A stretch of DNA of 64,000 bases from Planctomycetota bacterium (GTDB lineage: Bacteria > Planctomycetota > UBA8742 > UBA2392): assembly GCA_020845475.1 (NCBI GenBank), contig JADLFN010000072.1:2849-66848 (forward strand), in the 5' to 3' direction. Shown piece by piece: positions 28,173-37,691 of this stretch (positions are counted from its first letter, which is position 1; every line of letters begins with the position of its first letter). Position numbers and translations under genes: made by a program. The notes below the pieces were generated by a model. It made no database searches. It was not told the origin of the DNA and worked only from the letters and a program-made list of their open reading frames with translations.

Positions 28173-29432
28173 TCAAGTCACCGCAAACCGCACCCCAAGC
28201 GCCATCTCTACATCGTGGGCCGCCGCTGCCAGCCCAGCCCTTGAAGCTGCCCCGAGGTTGATCACCCCGTAGCGTCGCGAATGGCCGTCCTCAAATTCAT
28301 CCGTGGGCGAGAGCACTTCGCCTTCTTTGCACTCCCACCAGACGATCGTACCCGGGTGCGCGGCTTCGACTTCCGCGATGCGTTGCTCACTTGGCACGCG
28401 CACCACTCGTGTTTTTTGGAACACGCGCAGCGGCACGCTGGCCGCGCATGTGAATGCACCGCTTCCTTTGCGAAACGCAGGCTTCTCCCCCACCGCCACG
28501 CAAAACGAAGCCTCGAACCCGTTGAGGCCATCCGCCTTCTCGTAGAGGTCGGCAAACTGGCTGGCCTTGCGCGGGTTGATCTCGATGATCGAGATGGCGT
28601 CTTCGCCCGCGTCGTAAGACAGCTCCACGTTCCAAAGCGTATTGTCCAGGCCCACCCGCTTTACGACACGTTCGCAAACCTCGGCCATGCGCGCCTGCAC
28701 GCTTTGCCGCAGTGCCGAAGGATACTCGAACCGCACGAAGCTACGCGTGCCGGGCTGCATGATGGAGTCCGTCACGCCAATCACGCCTACTTCGCCGCGT
28801 GAGACCCAACCCTCGACCGTCACTTGTTCACCTGTGAGCACTCCCTCGGCCAGCACGCAATTGCCGTCGTGCGCGAAATTAGTAAGCGCACGGCACATCT
28901 CGTTGAACGTGCGCAGATAGTCGCGGCCGTAGCGCGCCAGAAACGGCTGCTGCAAGTAGGCGCGCAACTCTTCGCGCGAGCGCATCATGCCTGAGAGCAC
29001 TGAAAACGTGCCCTTGACCGGCTTGACGAAACACGGGTAGCCAAAGGCGGGATCACGAAAGTCCTTGCCAATCTCGAGCAACTCAAAGGGCGGCGTCGCC
29101 TCCGGCGCGGCTTCCCTGCACGCCAGCCGCGCGTAGTACTTGTGGGCACACGCCATTGATGCCGGCAGCGGACATCCGGGCAATCCAAGCCGCGCTGCCA
29201 CACCCGCGGCCGCCTGCGCACCAGGATAATCGCTGGAACTCACAACGCCATCGACGCGACCCGCGAACTCATGCGCCGCGCGGTCAATGTAGCCGACGGC
29301 ATCAAAGTCCTCGGGGCATTCTTCATTTGAGGGCGAAGCTTCAATCACCTCAAAGCGCTCACGCCACTGCGACGAGTGCGCCAGTTGCAGCCGCGCCCAG
29401 TAGTCGGGCAGAACGATCAGGATGCGTTTCAC
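28173..29432 (-). CDS. ATP-grasp domain protein (carboxylate-amine ligase-like)
   Basis: ATP-grasp fold similarity in central region (YPCFVKPVKGTFSV...); function not assignable. Confidence 0.65.
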   Translation of the reverse strand: MKRILIVLPDYWARLQLAHSSQWRERFEVIEASPSNEECPEDFDAVGYIDRAAHEFAGRVDGVVSSSDYPGAQAAAGVAARLGLPGCPLPASMACAHKYYARLACREAAPEATPPFELLEIGKDFRDPAFGYPCFVKPVKGTFSVLSGMMRSREELRAYLQQPFLARYGRDYLRTFNEMCRALTNFAHDGNCVLAEGVLTGEQVTVEGWVSRGEVGVIGVTDSIMQPGTRSFVRFEYPSALRQSVQARMAEVCERVVKRVGLDNTLWNVELSYDAGEDAISIIEINPRKASQFADLYEKADGLNGFEASFCVAVGEKPAFRKGSGAFTCAASVPLRVFQKTRVVRVPSEQRIAEVEAAHPGTIVWWECKEGEVLSPTDEFEDGHSRRYGVINLGAASRAGLAAAAHDVEMALGVRFAVT

Positions 29433-29457
29433 GCCCGCACGATAACGGTGAAAAAGC

Positions 29458-29485
29458 GTAGGGGCGACATATATGTCGCCCCTAC
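29458..29485. repeat. 28-bp perfect palindrome GTAGGGGCGACATATATGTCGCCCCTAC (REP-like element copy 1)
   Basis: intergenic between ATP-grasp start and stop of cytochrome c peroxidase gene; same core at 34171, 40201, 48940. Confidence 0.8.
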
Positions 29486-29501
29486 GTCTGATAGACGATT
29501 G

Positions 29502-31193
29502 CTAGTTCTGATCTACGGCAAGGCCTGATGGCACCGTAGCCGGGATCTCTTGCAGGCGCTGAACGAACTGCGGGTCCGTCAACGCGCTCATGAAGGCCAC
29601 CATGTCGTCGCGTTCCTGCTGGCTCAGGTTGTTTGGCACCTGCAGGAACAGCGGCGAGAGATTCTGCGTCACGAGGTTCGCCGGCAGCAGCGTGGGCGCC
29701 AGTTGCGCGCCCTGCAGCATGTTCGTGCCGGTGTATGCCTGCGTGAACGCGGCTTTGTCGCGATAGAACAACATCAGTTCATCGAGGCTGGAGATCGCAC
29801 CGTTGTGCATCCAAGGGCCGGTAACGGCCACGTTGCGCAGAGGCGGCACGCGGAACTGATAACGGTTCTGCGGATTGCCCGTCACGTTCTGAAAGCCGAA
29901 ATCTTCGCGGCCGCTGGGCCCGTTGCCCTGTCCGGGACCGAATTGCGGCACGCCCTCGTTGTGCGTCGAGAAATTGCTCAGCATGGGCCCGCTGTGGCAG
30001 GCATCGCAGGCGCCGCGGCCGAAGAACACCAGCGCGCCGCGCTTTTGCTGCTCTGCCATGGCGGTGGAATCGCCGCGCAGGTAGCGATCCCAGGGCGAAT
30101 CAATGAATGTCAGCGAACGCTCGTACTGCGCAATGGCGCGGCCAATATTGTTCACCGTCAGGCCCACTTCCGCTGAACCAGCGGGGAACGCTGCGTTGAA
30201 AAGCGTGACGTACTGAGGAATCGCCTGCAGGCGTGCCACGAGCGCCTGACGGTAGTCGGCGTTGCTCAGACCGTCGAGCGAGTGGCCCGTGCCGCGCATT
30301 TCGGTGATGTTCACCAGCGGGAAAAGGGCCTGCGCTTCATCGGGGGCAAGCTGCATCTGGCCTTCGGGCGTGTTGACAAAATTCGGCGGAGGCGGAGGGG
30401 GCGAGCCGGGAGGCGGAGGAGGCGGCAGTGGCCGCTCAATGCGTTTGTCCCAGAACATCGCTGGCATCAGGTGCGTTGCGAACACTGGCTGGGCATTTCG
30501 GGGCACAAACGTGTTGCTGGGGTGCGTGCGGCCCGGGCCAACGTTGCCCTGGCCGGCACCGCCGACGCCGCCCACGCCAATCGAGAGATTGAGCGAATCG
30601 CCCATATTCTCGGACGGGTGGTGGCAGGTCGCGCAAGCAACGTCCAAGTTGCCGCTGAGGATCTTGTCGAAAAACAGCATGCGGCCCAATGCCAACTGCG
30701 CCGTATTCAGGGCCGGAAGCTGCGCGGCAGTCAGGCCTGTGATGTTTTTGTTGGCGATGACCTGACGCAGTGCGCTCTCGGAGCCGGGCCCTACGTTGAG
30801 TGTGAACTGTCGAAACGCGCTTCCCGCAGCGTCGGCCACCGTAATCGTGAACGTGAATGGACCCTGCGACGTAGGCGTGCCGCTGAGCGTGGTGCTGGCC
30901 GTCGTGCTTGACGTGTCCAGCGCAAGGCCCGCCGGCACGCTGCCGGTGATCGTCCATGAATAGGGCGCCGTGCCGCCGCTTGCATCCAGGTTGGTCGTAT
31001 AAGCCGCGCCGACTTGCGCGTTAGGCAGCGTCGTCGTGACAAGGGCAATCGTGCTTCCGCCGCCGCCGCCACCTCCTCCGCCACCGGAGCCTCCAGAACT
31101 GGAGCCGGAATCGCCAGGCCCTTCAAAACAGCCGGTCGCGAGCATGCAGAACAAGCCGCTCAGCGCGAAAAACGCAAAGCAAAGGTGTCTCAT
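29502..31193 (-). CDS. ccp: di-haem cytochrome c peroxidase family lipoprotein with N-terminal Gly/Ser linker and Ig-like domain
   Basis: two CxxCH motifs (CATCHH, CDACHS), CCP/MauG-like regions, lipobox LATGC, poly-Gly linker, Pro-rich insert. Confidence 0.8.
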   Translation of the reverse strand: MRHLCFAFFALSGLFCMLATGCFEGPGDSGSSSGGSGGGGGGGGGGSTIALVTTTLPNAQVGAAYTTNLDASGGTAPYSWTITGSVPAGLALDTSSTTASTTLSGTPTSQGPFTFTITVADAAGSAFRQFTLNVGPGSESALRQVIANKNITGLTAAQLPALNTAQLALGRMLFFDKILSGNLDVACATCHHPSENMGDSLNLSIGVGGVGGAGQGNVGPGRTHPSNTFVPRNAQPVFATHLMPAMFWDKRIERPLPPPPPPGSPPPPPPNFVNTPEGQMQLAPDEAQALFPLVNITEMRGTGHSLDGLSNADYRQALVARLQAIPQYVTLFNAAFPAGSAEVGLTVNNIGRAIAQYERSLTFIDSPWDRYLRGDSTAMAEQQKRGALVFFGRGACDACHSGPMLSNFSTHNEGVPQFGPGQGNGPSGREDFGFQNVTGNPQNRYQFRVPPLRNVAVTGPWMHNGAISSLDELMLFYRDKAAFTQAYTGTNMLQGAQLAPTLLPANLVTQNLSPLFLQVPNNLSQQERDDMVAFMSALTDPQFVQRLQEIPATVPSGLAVDQN

Positions 31194-31271
31194 CGCGTGA
31201 TCCCTTGGGGAGGGATAGGGGTTTCAAGACACTCACGATCCGAAAGCCCCGCACTTCACGCGGAAAATAAA

Positions 31272-32276
31272 CTATGTCCCGACCCAGCGCGCGTATGCCG
31301 CGCGGGCGCGGGCGAGGTCGGCTGTGCCGTGCACCAGCGCGCGGCCATCGGCGAAGAGCGTGATTTCGAGCGCGCCCTCGACGAAACGCAACAGGAACTC
31401 ATTTTCGGCACTGACCTTGGCCGCCGCCGCGATGCGCTTGCGCGCGGCCCCAAAGTCAAACTTGCCCGGGGCGCGGATATGCACGGCGTTGCGACCGCAC
31501 AGGGCTTCGCCGCCGCCCGCTTTGGCGTCAAGATACTCAAAGCGGCGCTGGCCACACACCGGGCAGCCTTCGCGGGGCCTTGACGCGTCAATTCCTGTGC
31601 GCTCCCCGGTCCAGATATCAACCGTCAGCATTTTGCGCAGCAGCGCCTTCTGATTGCCGCTGAGAATCTTCAGCGCAACAACGCTCGCCCACGCCACGGC
31701 CTGGAACACCGCGGGCATGATGATGCCACTGGTCTCGCAGGTTTCGCCCCCGGTCTCGGGCGCGTCCTCGAGCAGGCAGCGCAGGCACGCCCCGCCGGGC
31801 ACCACGGGCATGGCCGCCACGCGCGAGCCAATGCAGGCCGCGTAAACCCAGGGCACACCCAGCTTGACAGCCACGTCGTTGATCAGGAACCGCGTTTCGA
31901 AATTGTCGGTCGCGTCGAGAATCAGGCTTTGACCTCGTGCCAGCTTCTCTGCGTTGGCGGGCGTGAACTCTCCAACGATCGCGTTTACCATCAGGCCGGA
32001 GTTGATCTCGCCCAGATGTCGGCGCGCGGCCTCTGCCTTCGGCAGGGCTGAATGCAGGTCGGATTCAGTGAAGAGCGATTGCCGCTGGAGGTTGCTTTCA
32101 TCCAGCACGTCGCGATCGATCAACGTCAGTTCGCCAACACCGGCGCGCGCACAGAACTCCGCGAGATGAGTACCCAAAGCGCCACAACCCACCAATAGTA
32201 CGCGCGAGGCCGCAATCCGGGTCTGGCCCTTGGGGCCGATGGGTGCAAACATCTCCTGGCGTGAGTAGCGCGACAT
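31272..32276 (-). CDS. ThiF/MoeB/HesA-family adenylyltransferase (E1-like)
   Basis: MSRYSRQ N-terminus, LVGCGALGT nucleotide-binding motif, CxxC pairs. Confidence 0.8.
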   Translation of the reverse strand: MSRYSRQEMFAPIGPKGQTRIAASRVLLVGCGALGTHLAEFCARAGVGELTLIDRDVLDESNLQRQSLFTESDLHSALPKAEAARRHLGEINSGLMVNAIVGEFTPANAEKLARGQSLILDATDNFETRFLINDVAVKLGVPWVYAACIGSRVAAMPVVPGGACLRCLLEDAPETGGETCETSGIIMPAVFQAVAWASVVALKILSGNQKALLRKMLTVDIWTGERTGIDASRPREGCPVCGQRRFEYLDAKAGGGEALCGRNAVHIRAPGKFDFGAARKRIAAAAKVSAENEFLLRFVEGALEITLFADGRALVHGTADLARARAAYARWVGT

Positions 32277-32283
32277 GGCCCGA

Positions 32284-32880
32284 TTATGCCTCGCGCGCCG
32301 CCGGCGCGCGCTGGGCGGCCAAGACCACGCGAACGTAAGGCACGATCGAGGCGACGCTCACGAACGCCGCTACGGCGAACATGCCGAGGTTGAGCCAGCG
32401 ATGGAAGCCCGCAAACCACGGCCAATAGAGCGCGATTTCCTCGCTGATGCAGATCGCCACCAGCACGACGCACTGGATGACGGTTTTCATCTTGCCCCAC
32501 ATGTTCGCCGCCAGCACCACACCAAAGACCGCGGCTGTGGGCCGCAAGTACACATGCTGGACAAACTCGCGCGCTAGAAAGGGAATGCTCAGCCATAGCG
32601 GAATGTAGCCCGCAAGGCCAAGGCACACGATCACAACCAGAAAGAACACGGCGTCGGCTAAAGGGTCAAAGATCTTGCCGAGGTCGCTCACGCCGCCATG
32701 TTTGCGCGCGAAGTAGCCGTCAAGATAGTCGGTGATCATCGCAAAGCCGGCCGTCCAGCCGCCGGCCCACAGTCCCCACTCTTGACGCGTCAACAGCATG
32801 GCCCCCACCACCGGCGCCAACAGAAAGCGCAGGAACGTGAAAAAGTTGGCTAGTGTCCAGAAAGAAGTCGGGCGGCTCAT
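32284..32880 (-). CDS. pgsA: CDP-alcohol phosphatidyltransferase (PgsA-like)
   Basis: DYLDGYFARKHGGVSDLGKIFDPLAD = D-G-AR-G-D-D signature. Confidence 0.8.
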   Translation of the reverse strand: MSRPTSFWTLANFFTFLRFLLAPVVGAMLLTRQEWGLWAGGWTAGFAMITDYLDGYFARKHGGVSDLGKIFDPLADAVFFLVVIVCLGLAGYIPLWLSIPFLAREFVQHVYLRPTAAVFGVVLAANMWGKMKTVIQCVVLVAICISEEIALYWPWFAGFHRWLNLGMFAVAAFVSVASIVPYVRVVLAAQRAPAAREA

Positions 32881-33197
32881 TGCGCCACAACTTCGCTATT
32901 TGCGGGGCTCGCTTCAAGCACCCAGATTTTGCCGTCGCCTTGCCGACCCGTGCGCGCGGCCTGCAAGAGCACATCAAGGGTCTCCTTCAGTTTCTCACGC
33001 AGCACGGCAAACTCAAGACGCACCTTAGGCAGAAACGCCACCGCAAAGCGGTCATCCTTGTAATCAGCCAAGTGATCCTTCTGCCGTCCATAGCCGCGCG
33101 CTTCGCAAACGTAGACGTCACTTACACCCACACCGCGCAGGGCATTGACGCAGGCTTGCGCCTTGAAAGGACGGATGACAGCGACGACGAGTTTCAT
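32877..33197 (-). CDS. P-II (GlnB/GlnK) family signal-transduction protein
   Basis: MKLVVAVIRPFK...GYGRQKD...FLPKVRLE...ARTGRQGDGKIWV aligns with P-II fold hallmarks; start trimmed to MKLVV. Confidence 0.7.
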   Translation of the reverse strand: MKLVVAVIRPFKAQACVNALRGVGVSDVYVCEARGYGRQKDHLADYKDDRFAVAFLPKVRLEFAVLREKLKETLDVLLQAARTGRQGDGKIWVLEASPANSEVVAQ

Positions 33198-33685
33198 GCT
33201 TGCTTGCCCTCCGGGTTCATCCCGCGAATGGGGAATCTCGAAATAACTGAGTCGCAACTTGCGATAATTCCCGGGAGGTAGCTTTGGTCGATTTCGAACT
33301 CAAAACTGTGCGTCTGATGCAGGTGGTCGGGTGTTAGCGAAATAGAGGCGGCAATGTGTCCCAATTCATCGATCTTTCTAAGCTCGATCAGCAGGTTCGG
33401 CTCCATGCAGGGCAAACATGCAATGGGTGCTTTCTCCTCGTAAAGCAACTTGCATTGGACCGCGAAAGCGGCGATCTCCGACAAATGGACCAACGCACCG
33501 CTTGCCTTGACTTTGCCGCCTGGAAACTCGCAACAAGCCAAGACATTGACCCAGTTTCCGTCCCAATAATCTTCCGCGTCGGAGTTGGCATAGTTCTCTA
33601 CCCAAAGGCCGAATCCCTCAATCTTCAGGTCTGAATCACGCACTGAAACATAACAGAACCATCGGGCGCCCAGTGCAAGCATCAA
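33194..33685 (-). CDS. hypothetical protein
   Basis: 163-aa ORF, 4-nt overlap with downstream gene; no motif recognised. Confidence 0.4.
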   Translation of the reverse strand: MMLALGARWFCYVSVRDSDLKIEGFGLWVENYANSDAEDYWDGNWVNVLACCEFPGGKVKASGALVHLSEIAAFAVQCKLLYEEKAPIACLPCMEPNLLIELRKIDELGHIAASISLTPDHLHQTHSFEFEIDQSYLPGIIASCDSVISRFPIRGMNPEGKQA

Positions 33686-33814
33686 ACGCCTGCCAATGCG
33701 GCATGACTCCGTTCATTTCTGTCAGTCCGACAGCCACTTTGTGCGTAAGCCCAATGACACAAGGGCTTGTGGCGGCGTGGCATATCCTTTGCTCTCTTCG
33801 CGGCGGAGATTGCC

Positions 33815-34174
33815 ATGTCCCGCCGGGCGGTGCTTTTGGTTGATGACAACGTGGCTTTCCGCGAGAGTCTGGCCTGCCTTCTGGCCGATGACGGCGCGGA
33901 AATCTGCGAGGCTTCAAATGGGCGTGAGGCGCTGGATAAGGCCCGAGATCGCGCCTTGGATTTGGCCATCCTTGACTTGAATCTGCCGGATACCACCGGC
34001 GTTCAGGTCTACACCGAACTGATGCGCGAGAAGGCCACGCCCTGCATTTTCATGACGGCGGAAGCCGAAGCCGCGCTGGTGGATGAGGCTAAGGCGCTCA
34101 ATCCCCTTGATGTCCTGCGCAAGCCTTTTGAGCTTGCGCTGTTCAGGACGCTGGTGCGGCGAGTGCTTTTGTAG
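33815..34174 (+). CDS. single-domain response regulator (CheY-like receiver)
   Basis: VLLVDDN...DLAILDLNLPD...receiver motifs; start trimmed to MSRRAVLL. Confidence 0.7.
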   Translation: MSRRAVLLVDDNVAFRESLACLLADDGAEICEASNGREALDKARDRALDLAILDLNLPDTTGVQVYTELMREKATPCIFMTAEAEAALVDEAKALNPLDVLRKPFELALFRTLVRRVLL

Positions 34175-34198
34175 GGGCGACATATGTGTCGCCCCTAC
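34171..34198. repeat. 28-bp palindrome GTAGGGGCGACATATGTGTCGCCCCTAC (REP-like copy 2)
   Basis: directly after response-regulator stop. Confidence 0.8.
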
Positions 34199-34210
34199 GT
34201 GAGACGAACG

Positions 34211-34636
34211 ATGGAAAACAGGACGAACAAGTTCGAGCAACCAGAACTGCCCAAGGGCTCACCCGTGAAGACGATTCACGCGGTGCAAACGCCCTTTGGC
34301 ACGTTCCAGGTGGTGATCGCGCTTGTTCCCGGCCAGCCTGATCCGCTGGCATTTTGCCTCTCCGCTTTTCAGGAAGCAATCAAGGCCGGCGCCGAAGATC
34401 CCCTGCACGCCACATTGTTGCGCTTGCGCGAAATGGCCCGCGGTGGAATCTCGCAGCCGCTGGAGGCGGGCCTGGAACTGCTGAAACAGATGTGTGCGGC
34501 AAACGTGCTTGAGCCGCTGGACGTATTGCTGGCCAACGCGGGTTTTGGCGCGGATGAAATCGCGCAACTGACGGGCGGCCAGAAGGGCGTGCTGGACAGT
34601 GTCATACGGCGAGCCGACAAGCCTGACTTGAATTAG
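34211..34636 (+). CDS. hypothetical protein
   Basis: ORF with high GC3; start trimmed to MENRTNKF. Confidence 0.4.
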   Translation: MENRTNKFEQPELPKGSPVKTIHAVQTPFGTFQVVIALVPGQPDPLAFCLSAFQEAIKAGAEDPLHATLLRLREMARGGISQPLEAGLELLKQMCAANVLEPLDVLLANAGFGADEIAQLTGGQKGVLDSVIRRADKPDLN

Positions 34637-34741
34637 TGTTGAACCGGCGTACTGGCTCTGGCGCTTTGTCGCGCCCAAGCCACAATCCGCGCCCTTGAAT
34701 TGGACTCGCGTGCGAAGCACGCATTGACGGAGAGCAGAGCA

Positions 34742-35035
34742 ATGGCAGCCAAGATTCGTCCCCTCAACGACAAGATCCTGATTGAACGCTCCAAGGCCGA
34801 TGAAAAGACCAAGGGCGGCATCATCCTGCCCGAGGGCGCCAAGGAAAAGCCGAAGGAAGGCGTGGTGGTTTCCGTCGGCGACGGCCGCATCACCGAAGAC
34901 GGCACGCGCATTCCCTTCCAGGTGAAGAAGAACGACCGCGTACTCTTCAAGAGCTACAGCGGCACCGACGTCAAGCTCGACGGCAAGGAATACATCCTGA
35001 TGAGCGAAGACGACATCCTGGCCGTAATTGAATAG
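34742..35035 (+). CDS. groES: co-chaperonin GroES
   Basis: MAAKIRPLNDKILIERSKADEKTKGGIILP... canonical GroES. Confidence 0.9.
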   Translation: MAAKIRPLNDKILIERSKADEKTKGGIILPEGAKEKPKEGVVVSVGDGRITEDGTRIPFQVKKNDRVLFKSYSGTDVKLDGKEYILMSEDDILAVIE

Positions 35036-35146
35036 CGAGATCGTCGGTAGCCAGTCGCCGGTCGTCGGTGAAAACCACTGACCGGGGACGGAGTACCGAC
35101 GACTTAATTCCGACTACCGACGACCCGACTACCGGAAAGACCAATC

Positions 35147-36823
35147 ATGTCCGCCAAGAAAATCATCTTTGAACAGGACGCCCGCGAGCAGATCAAGGCC
35201 GGCGTCAAGGGCCTTGCCCGCGCCGTCAAAATCACGCTCGGCCCGCGCGGCCGCAACGTGGTGATCGAAAAGTCCTACGGCGCTCCGCTCGTTACCAAAG
35301 ACGGTGTGACCGTGGCCAAGGAAATCGAGTTCGAGAACGCCTGGGAGAACATGGGCGCTCAACTCGTGCGCGAAGTAGCGAGCAAGACTTCTGACCTCGC
35401 CGGCGACGGCACCACCACGGCCACCATTCTCGCCGAAGCCGTGCTTGAAGAAGGCCTGAAGAACGTAGCCGCCGGCGCTAACCCCATTGGCGTGCGCGAC
35501 GGCATTCTCAAGGCCGTTGAAGTCGTCACCAAGGCCATCGAAAAGAAGGCGCGACCGGTTGAAGGCACTAAGGAGATAGAGCAGGTCGGTGCGATTGCCG
35601 CCAACAACGATTCCGAAATCGGCAAGATGCTCGCCCAGGCCATGGACAAGGTCGGCAAGGACGGGGTCATCACCGTGGAAGAAGGCAAGAGCCTGACCAC
35701 CGAAGTCGAAGTCGTTGACGGCATGCAGTTCGACAAAGGCTACGCCAGCCCCCACTTCGTCACCAACAAGGCGGAGATGAAGGTCGAACTCGCTGATCCC
35801 TACATCCTCATCTACGACAAGAAGCTGACGTCGCTCAAAGACCTCATGCCCGTCCTCGAGAAAATCGCGCGCTCGGGCAAGCAATTGCTCGTGATCGCCG
35901 AAGACGTCGAGGGAGAGGCCCTTGCCACGCTCGTGGTCAACAAGCTGCGCGGCGTGCTGCACGCCTGCGCGGTCAAGGCCCCCGGCTTTGGCGACCGCCG
36001 CAAGTCCATGCTCGAAGACATCGCCACGTTGACCGCAGGCAAGCTGATCTCCGAAGAGACCGGCATGTCGCTCGAGAACGTGGACGTTGATTCACTCGGC
36101 CGCGCCAAGAACGTGGTCATCGACAAAGACAACACCACGATCATCGAAGGTGCGGGCACCGAGAAGGACATCAAGTCACGTATCGACGCGCTCAACCGCG
36201 AAATCGACCGCACCACCAGCGACTACGACCGAGAAAAACTCCAGGAGCGCGTGGCCAAGCTCGCCGGCGGCGTCGCCAAGCTCAAAGTTGGCGCGGCTAC
36301 CGAAGTTGAAATGAAAGAAAAGAAAGCCCGCGTCGAAGACGCCCTGCACGCCACGCGCGCAGCCGTTGAGAGCGGCATTCTTCCCGGTGGCGGCGTGGCT
36401 CTGCTGCGCCTGGCCAAGGAACTGGACAAGGCCGAGGGCACGCACGACGAAAAAGTCGGCATCGACATTGTCAAGCGCGCATTGAGCGCCCCGATCAAGC
36501 AGATCGCCGCCAATGCCGGCCTCGACGGCAGCGTGGTGGTCATGAAGGTGCTTGAAAAGAACGACTTCAGCTATGGCTACAACGCGGCCACGGAAGTGTA
36601 CGAAGACCTCGTGAAGGCCGGCGTGGTGGATCCCGCCAAAGTCACCATCACCGCCCTGCGCAACGCGGCATCCGTAGCCTCGCTGCTCTTGACGACGAAT
36701 GTCGCCATCTCCGACATCCCCGAGAAGAAGAAAGCCGGAGGCGGCATGCCCGGCGGAATGGGAGGCATGGGTGGTATGGGCGGCATGGGAGGAATGGGCG
36801 GCATGGGCGGTATGGATATGTGA
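35147..36823 (+). CDS. groEL: chaperonin GroEL (Gly-Met repeat C-terminal tail)
   Basis: canonical GroEL sequence throughout; C-terminus [16 protein letters not shown]... Confidence 0.95.
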   Translation: MSAKKIIFEQDAREQIKAGVKGLARAVKITLGPRGRNVVIEKSYGAPLVTKDGVTVAKEIEFENAWENMGAQLVREVASKTSDLAGDGTTTATILAEAVLEEGLKNVAAGANPIGVRDGILKAVEVVTKAIEKKARPVEGTKEIEQVGAIAANNDSEIGKMLAQAMDKVGKDGVITVEEGKSLTTEVEVVDGMQFDKGYASPHFVTNKAEMKVELADPYILIYDKKLTSLKDLMPVLEKIARSGKQLLVIAEDVEGEALATLVVNKLRGVLHACAVKAPGFGDRRKSMLEDIATLTAGKLISEETGMSLENVDVDSLGRAKNVVIDKDNTTIIEGAGTEKDIKSRIDALNREIDRTTSDYDREKLQERVAKLAGGVAKLKVGAATEVEMKEKKARVEDALHATRAAVESGILPGGGVALLRLAKELDKAEGTHDEKVGIDIVKRALSAPIKQIAANAGLDGSVVVMKVLEKNDFSYGYNAATEVYEDLVKAGVVDPAKVTITALRNAASVASLLLTTNVAISDIPEKKKAGGGMPGGMGGMGGMGGMGGMGGMGGMDM

Positions 36824-36848
36824 TTCGGCGCTGTCCGCGCCGAATCAC
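36823..36848 (+). terminator. hairpin immediately after groEL stop (ATTCGGCGC-TGTCC-GCGCCGAAT)
   Basis: 9-bp perfect stem; no U-tract, so terminator function is uncertain. Confidence 0.4.
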
Positions 36849-36949
36849 CCACCGAAGCCAAAGGCGAAGGTGGGTCCCCACGGCAACGTGAAATCAATCA
36901 GAGCCCGTCGCGCAAGCGATGGGCTCTTGCATTTCGGATGGAGAAAGGA

Positions 36950-37582
36950 CTAGCGCAGGCTCTTGATACGTTCCGCGTAATCACCGCCAAACACGTAGCT
37001 TCCCGCAACGAGCACGTTGGCGCCCGCCGCCACCGCCAGCTTCGCCGTCTCCGCGTTGATGCCGCCATCGATTTCGATGTCGAGTTCGGGCGCGAGCTTG
37101 CGCGCAGCTTTGACGGTATCCAACACCTGCGCGATGAACTTTTGGCCGCCAAACCCGGGCCACACGCTCATGATCAGCAGCATGTCGATCTTGGAAAGAT
37201 AAGGCGCGGCTGCGTCGATGCGCGTTTCGGGATTGAGCACCAGGCCGGGCTTTACGCCCGCTTTGCGAATCGCCTCGATCGTTTCGCCCAGCGGCGCATT
37301 GGCCTCCACATGAATCGTAATGTAGGCCGCGCCGGCTTTGGCGAACTCGGCCACGTAGCGCTGCGGATCCGTCATCATCAGGTGGCAGTCGAGCGGCTTC
37401 TTGGCAACGCGTTTGATCGCTGAAACTACGGGCGGACCAATCGTCAAGTTCGGCACGAAGTGGGCATCCATCACGTCAACGTGCAGCAAGTCAGCACCCG
37501 CGGCCTCAACGGCCTCCACCTCGCGCTGGATGTTGGCGAAGTCGCAGGACAACAAGCTCGGGGCTATTTTGATGTCAGGCAT
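36950..37582 (-). CDS. rpe: ribulose-phosphate 3-epimerase
   Basis: MPDIKIAPSLLSCDFANI...HVDVMDAHFVPN motifs. Confidence 0.85.
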   Translation of the reverse strand: MPDIKIAPSLLSCDFANIQREVEAVEAAGADLLHVDVMDAHFVPNLTIGPPVVSAIKRVAKKPLDCHLMMTDPQRYVAEFAKAGAAYITIHVEANAPLGETIEAIRKAGVKPGLVLNPETRIDAAAPYLSKIDMLLIMSVWPGFGGQKFIAQVLDTVKAARKLAPELDIEIDGGINAETAKLAVAAGANVLVAGSYVFGGDYAERIKSLR

Positions 37583-37603
37583 CGTTCACCTCGGACGGCA
37601 CTA

Positions 37604-37690
37604 AAGGCAATCCACAGATTACGCAGATTGCGCAGATAACTGCTATGGAGTTTCTACATCTGCGTCATCTGCGACATCTGTGGATTGCAG
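37604..37690. promoter_or_regulatory. long imperfect palindrome with triplicated GCAGAT units between pgk stop and rpe start
   Basis: CACAGATTACGCAGATTGCGCAGAT ... ATCTGCGTCATCTGCGACATCTGTGGATTG inverted arms. Confidence 0.45.
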
Positions 37691-37691
37691 T

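Noticed and set aside
34640-34741. Possible CIRCE/HrcA operator upstream of groES
   Set aside because: No match to the TTAGCACTC-N9-GAGTGCTAA consensus; only weak unrelated inverted repeats.
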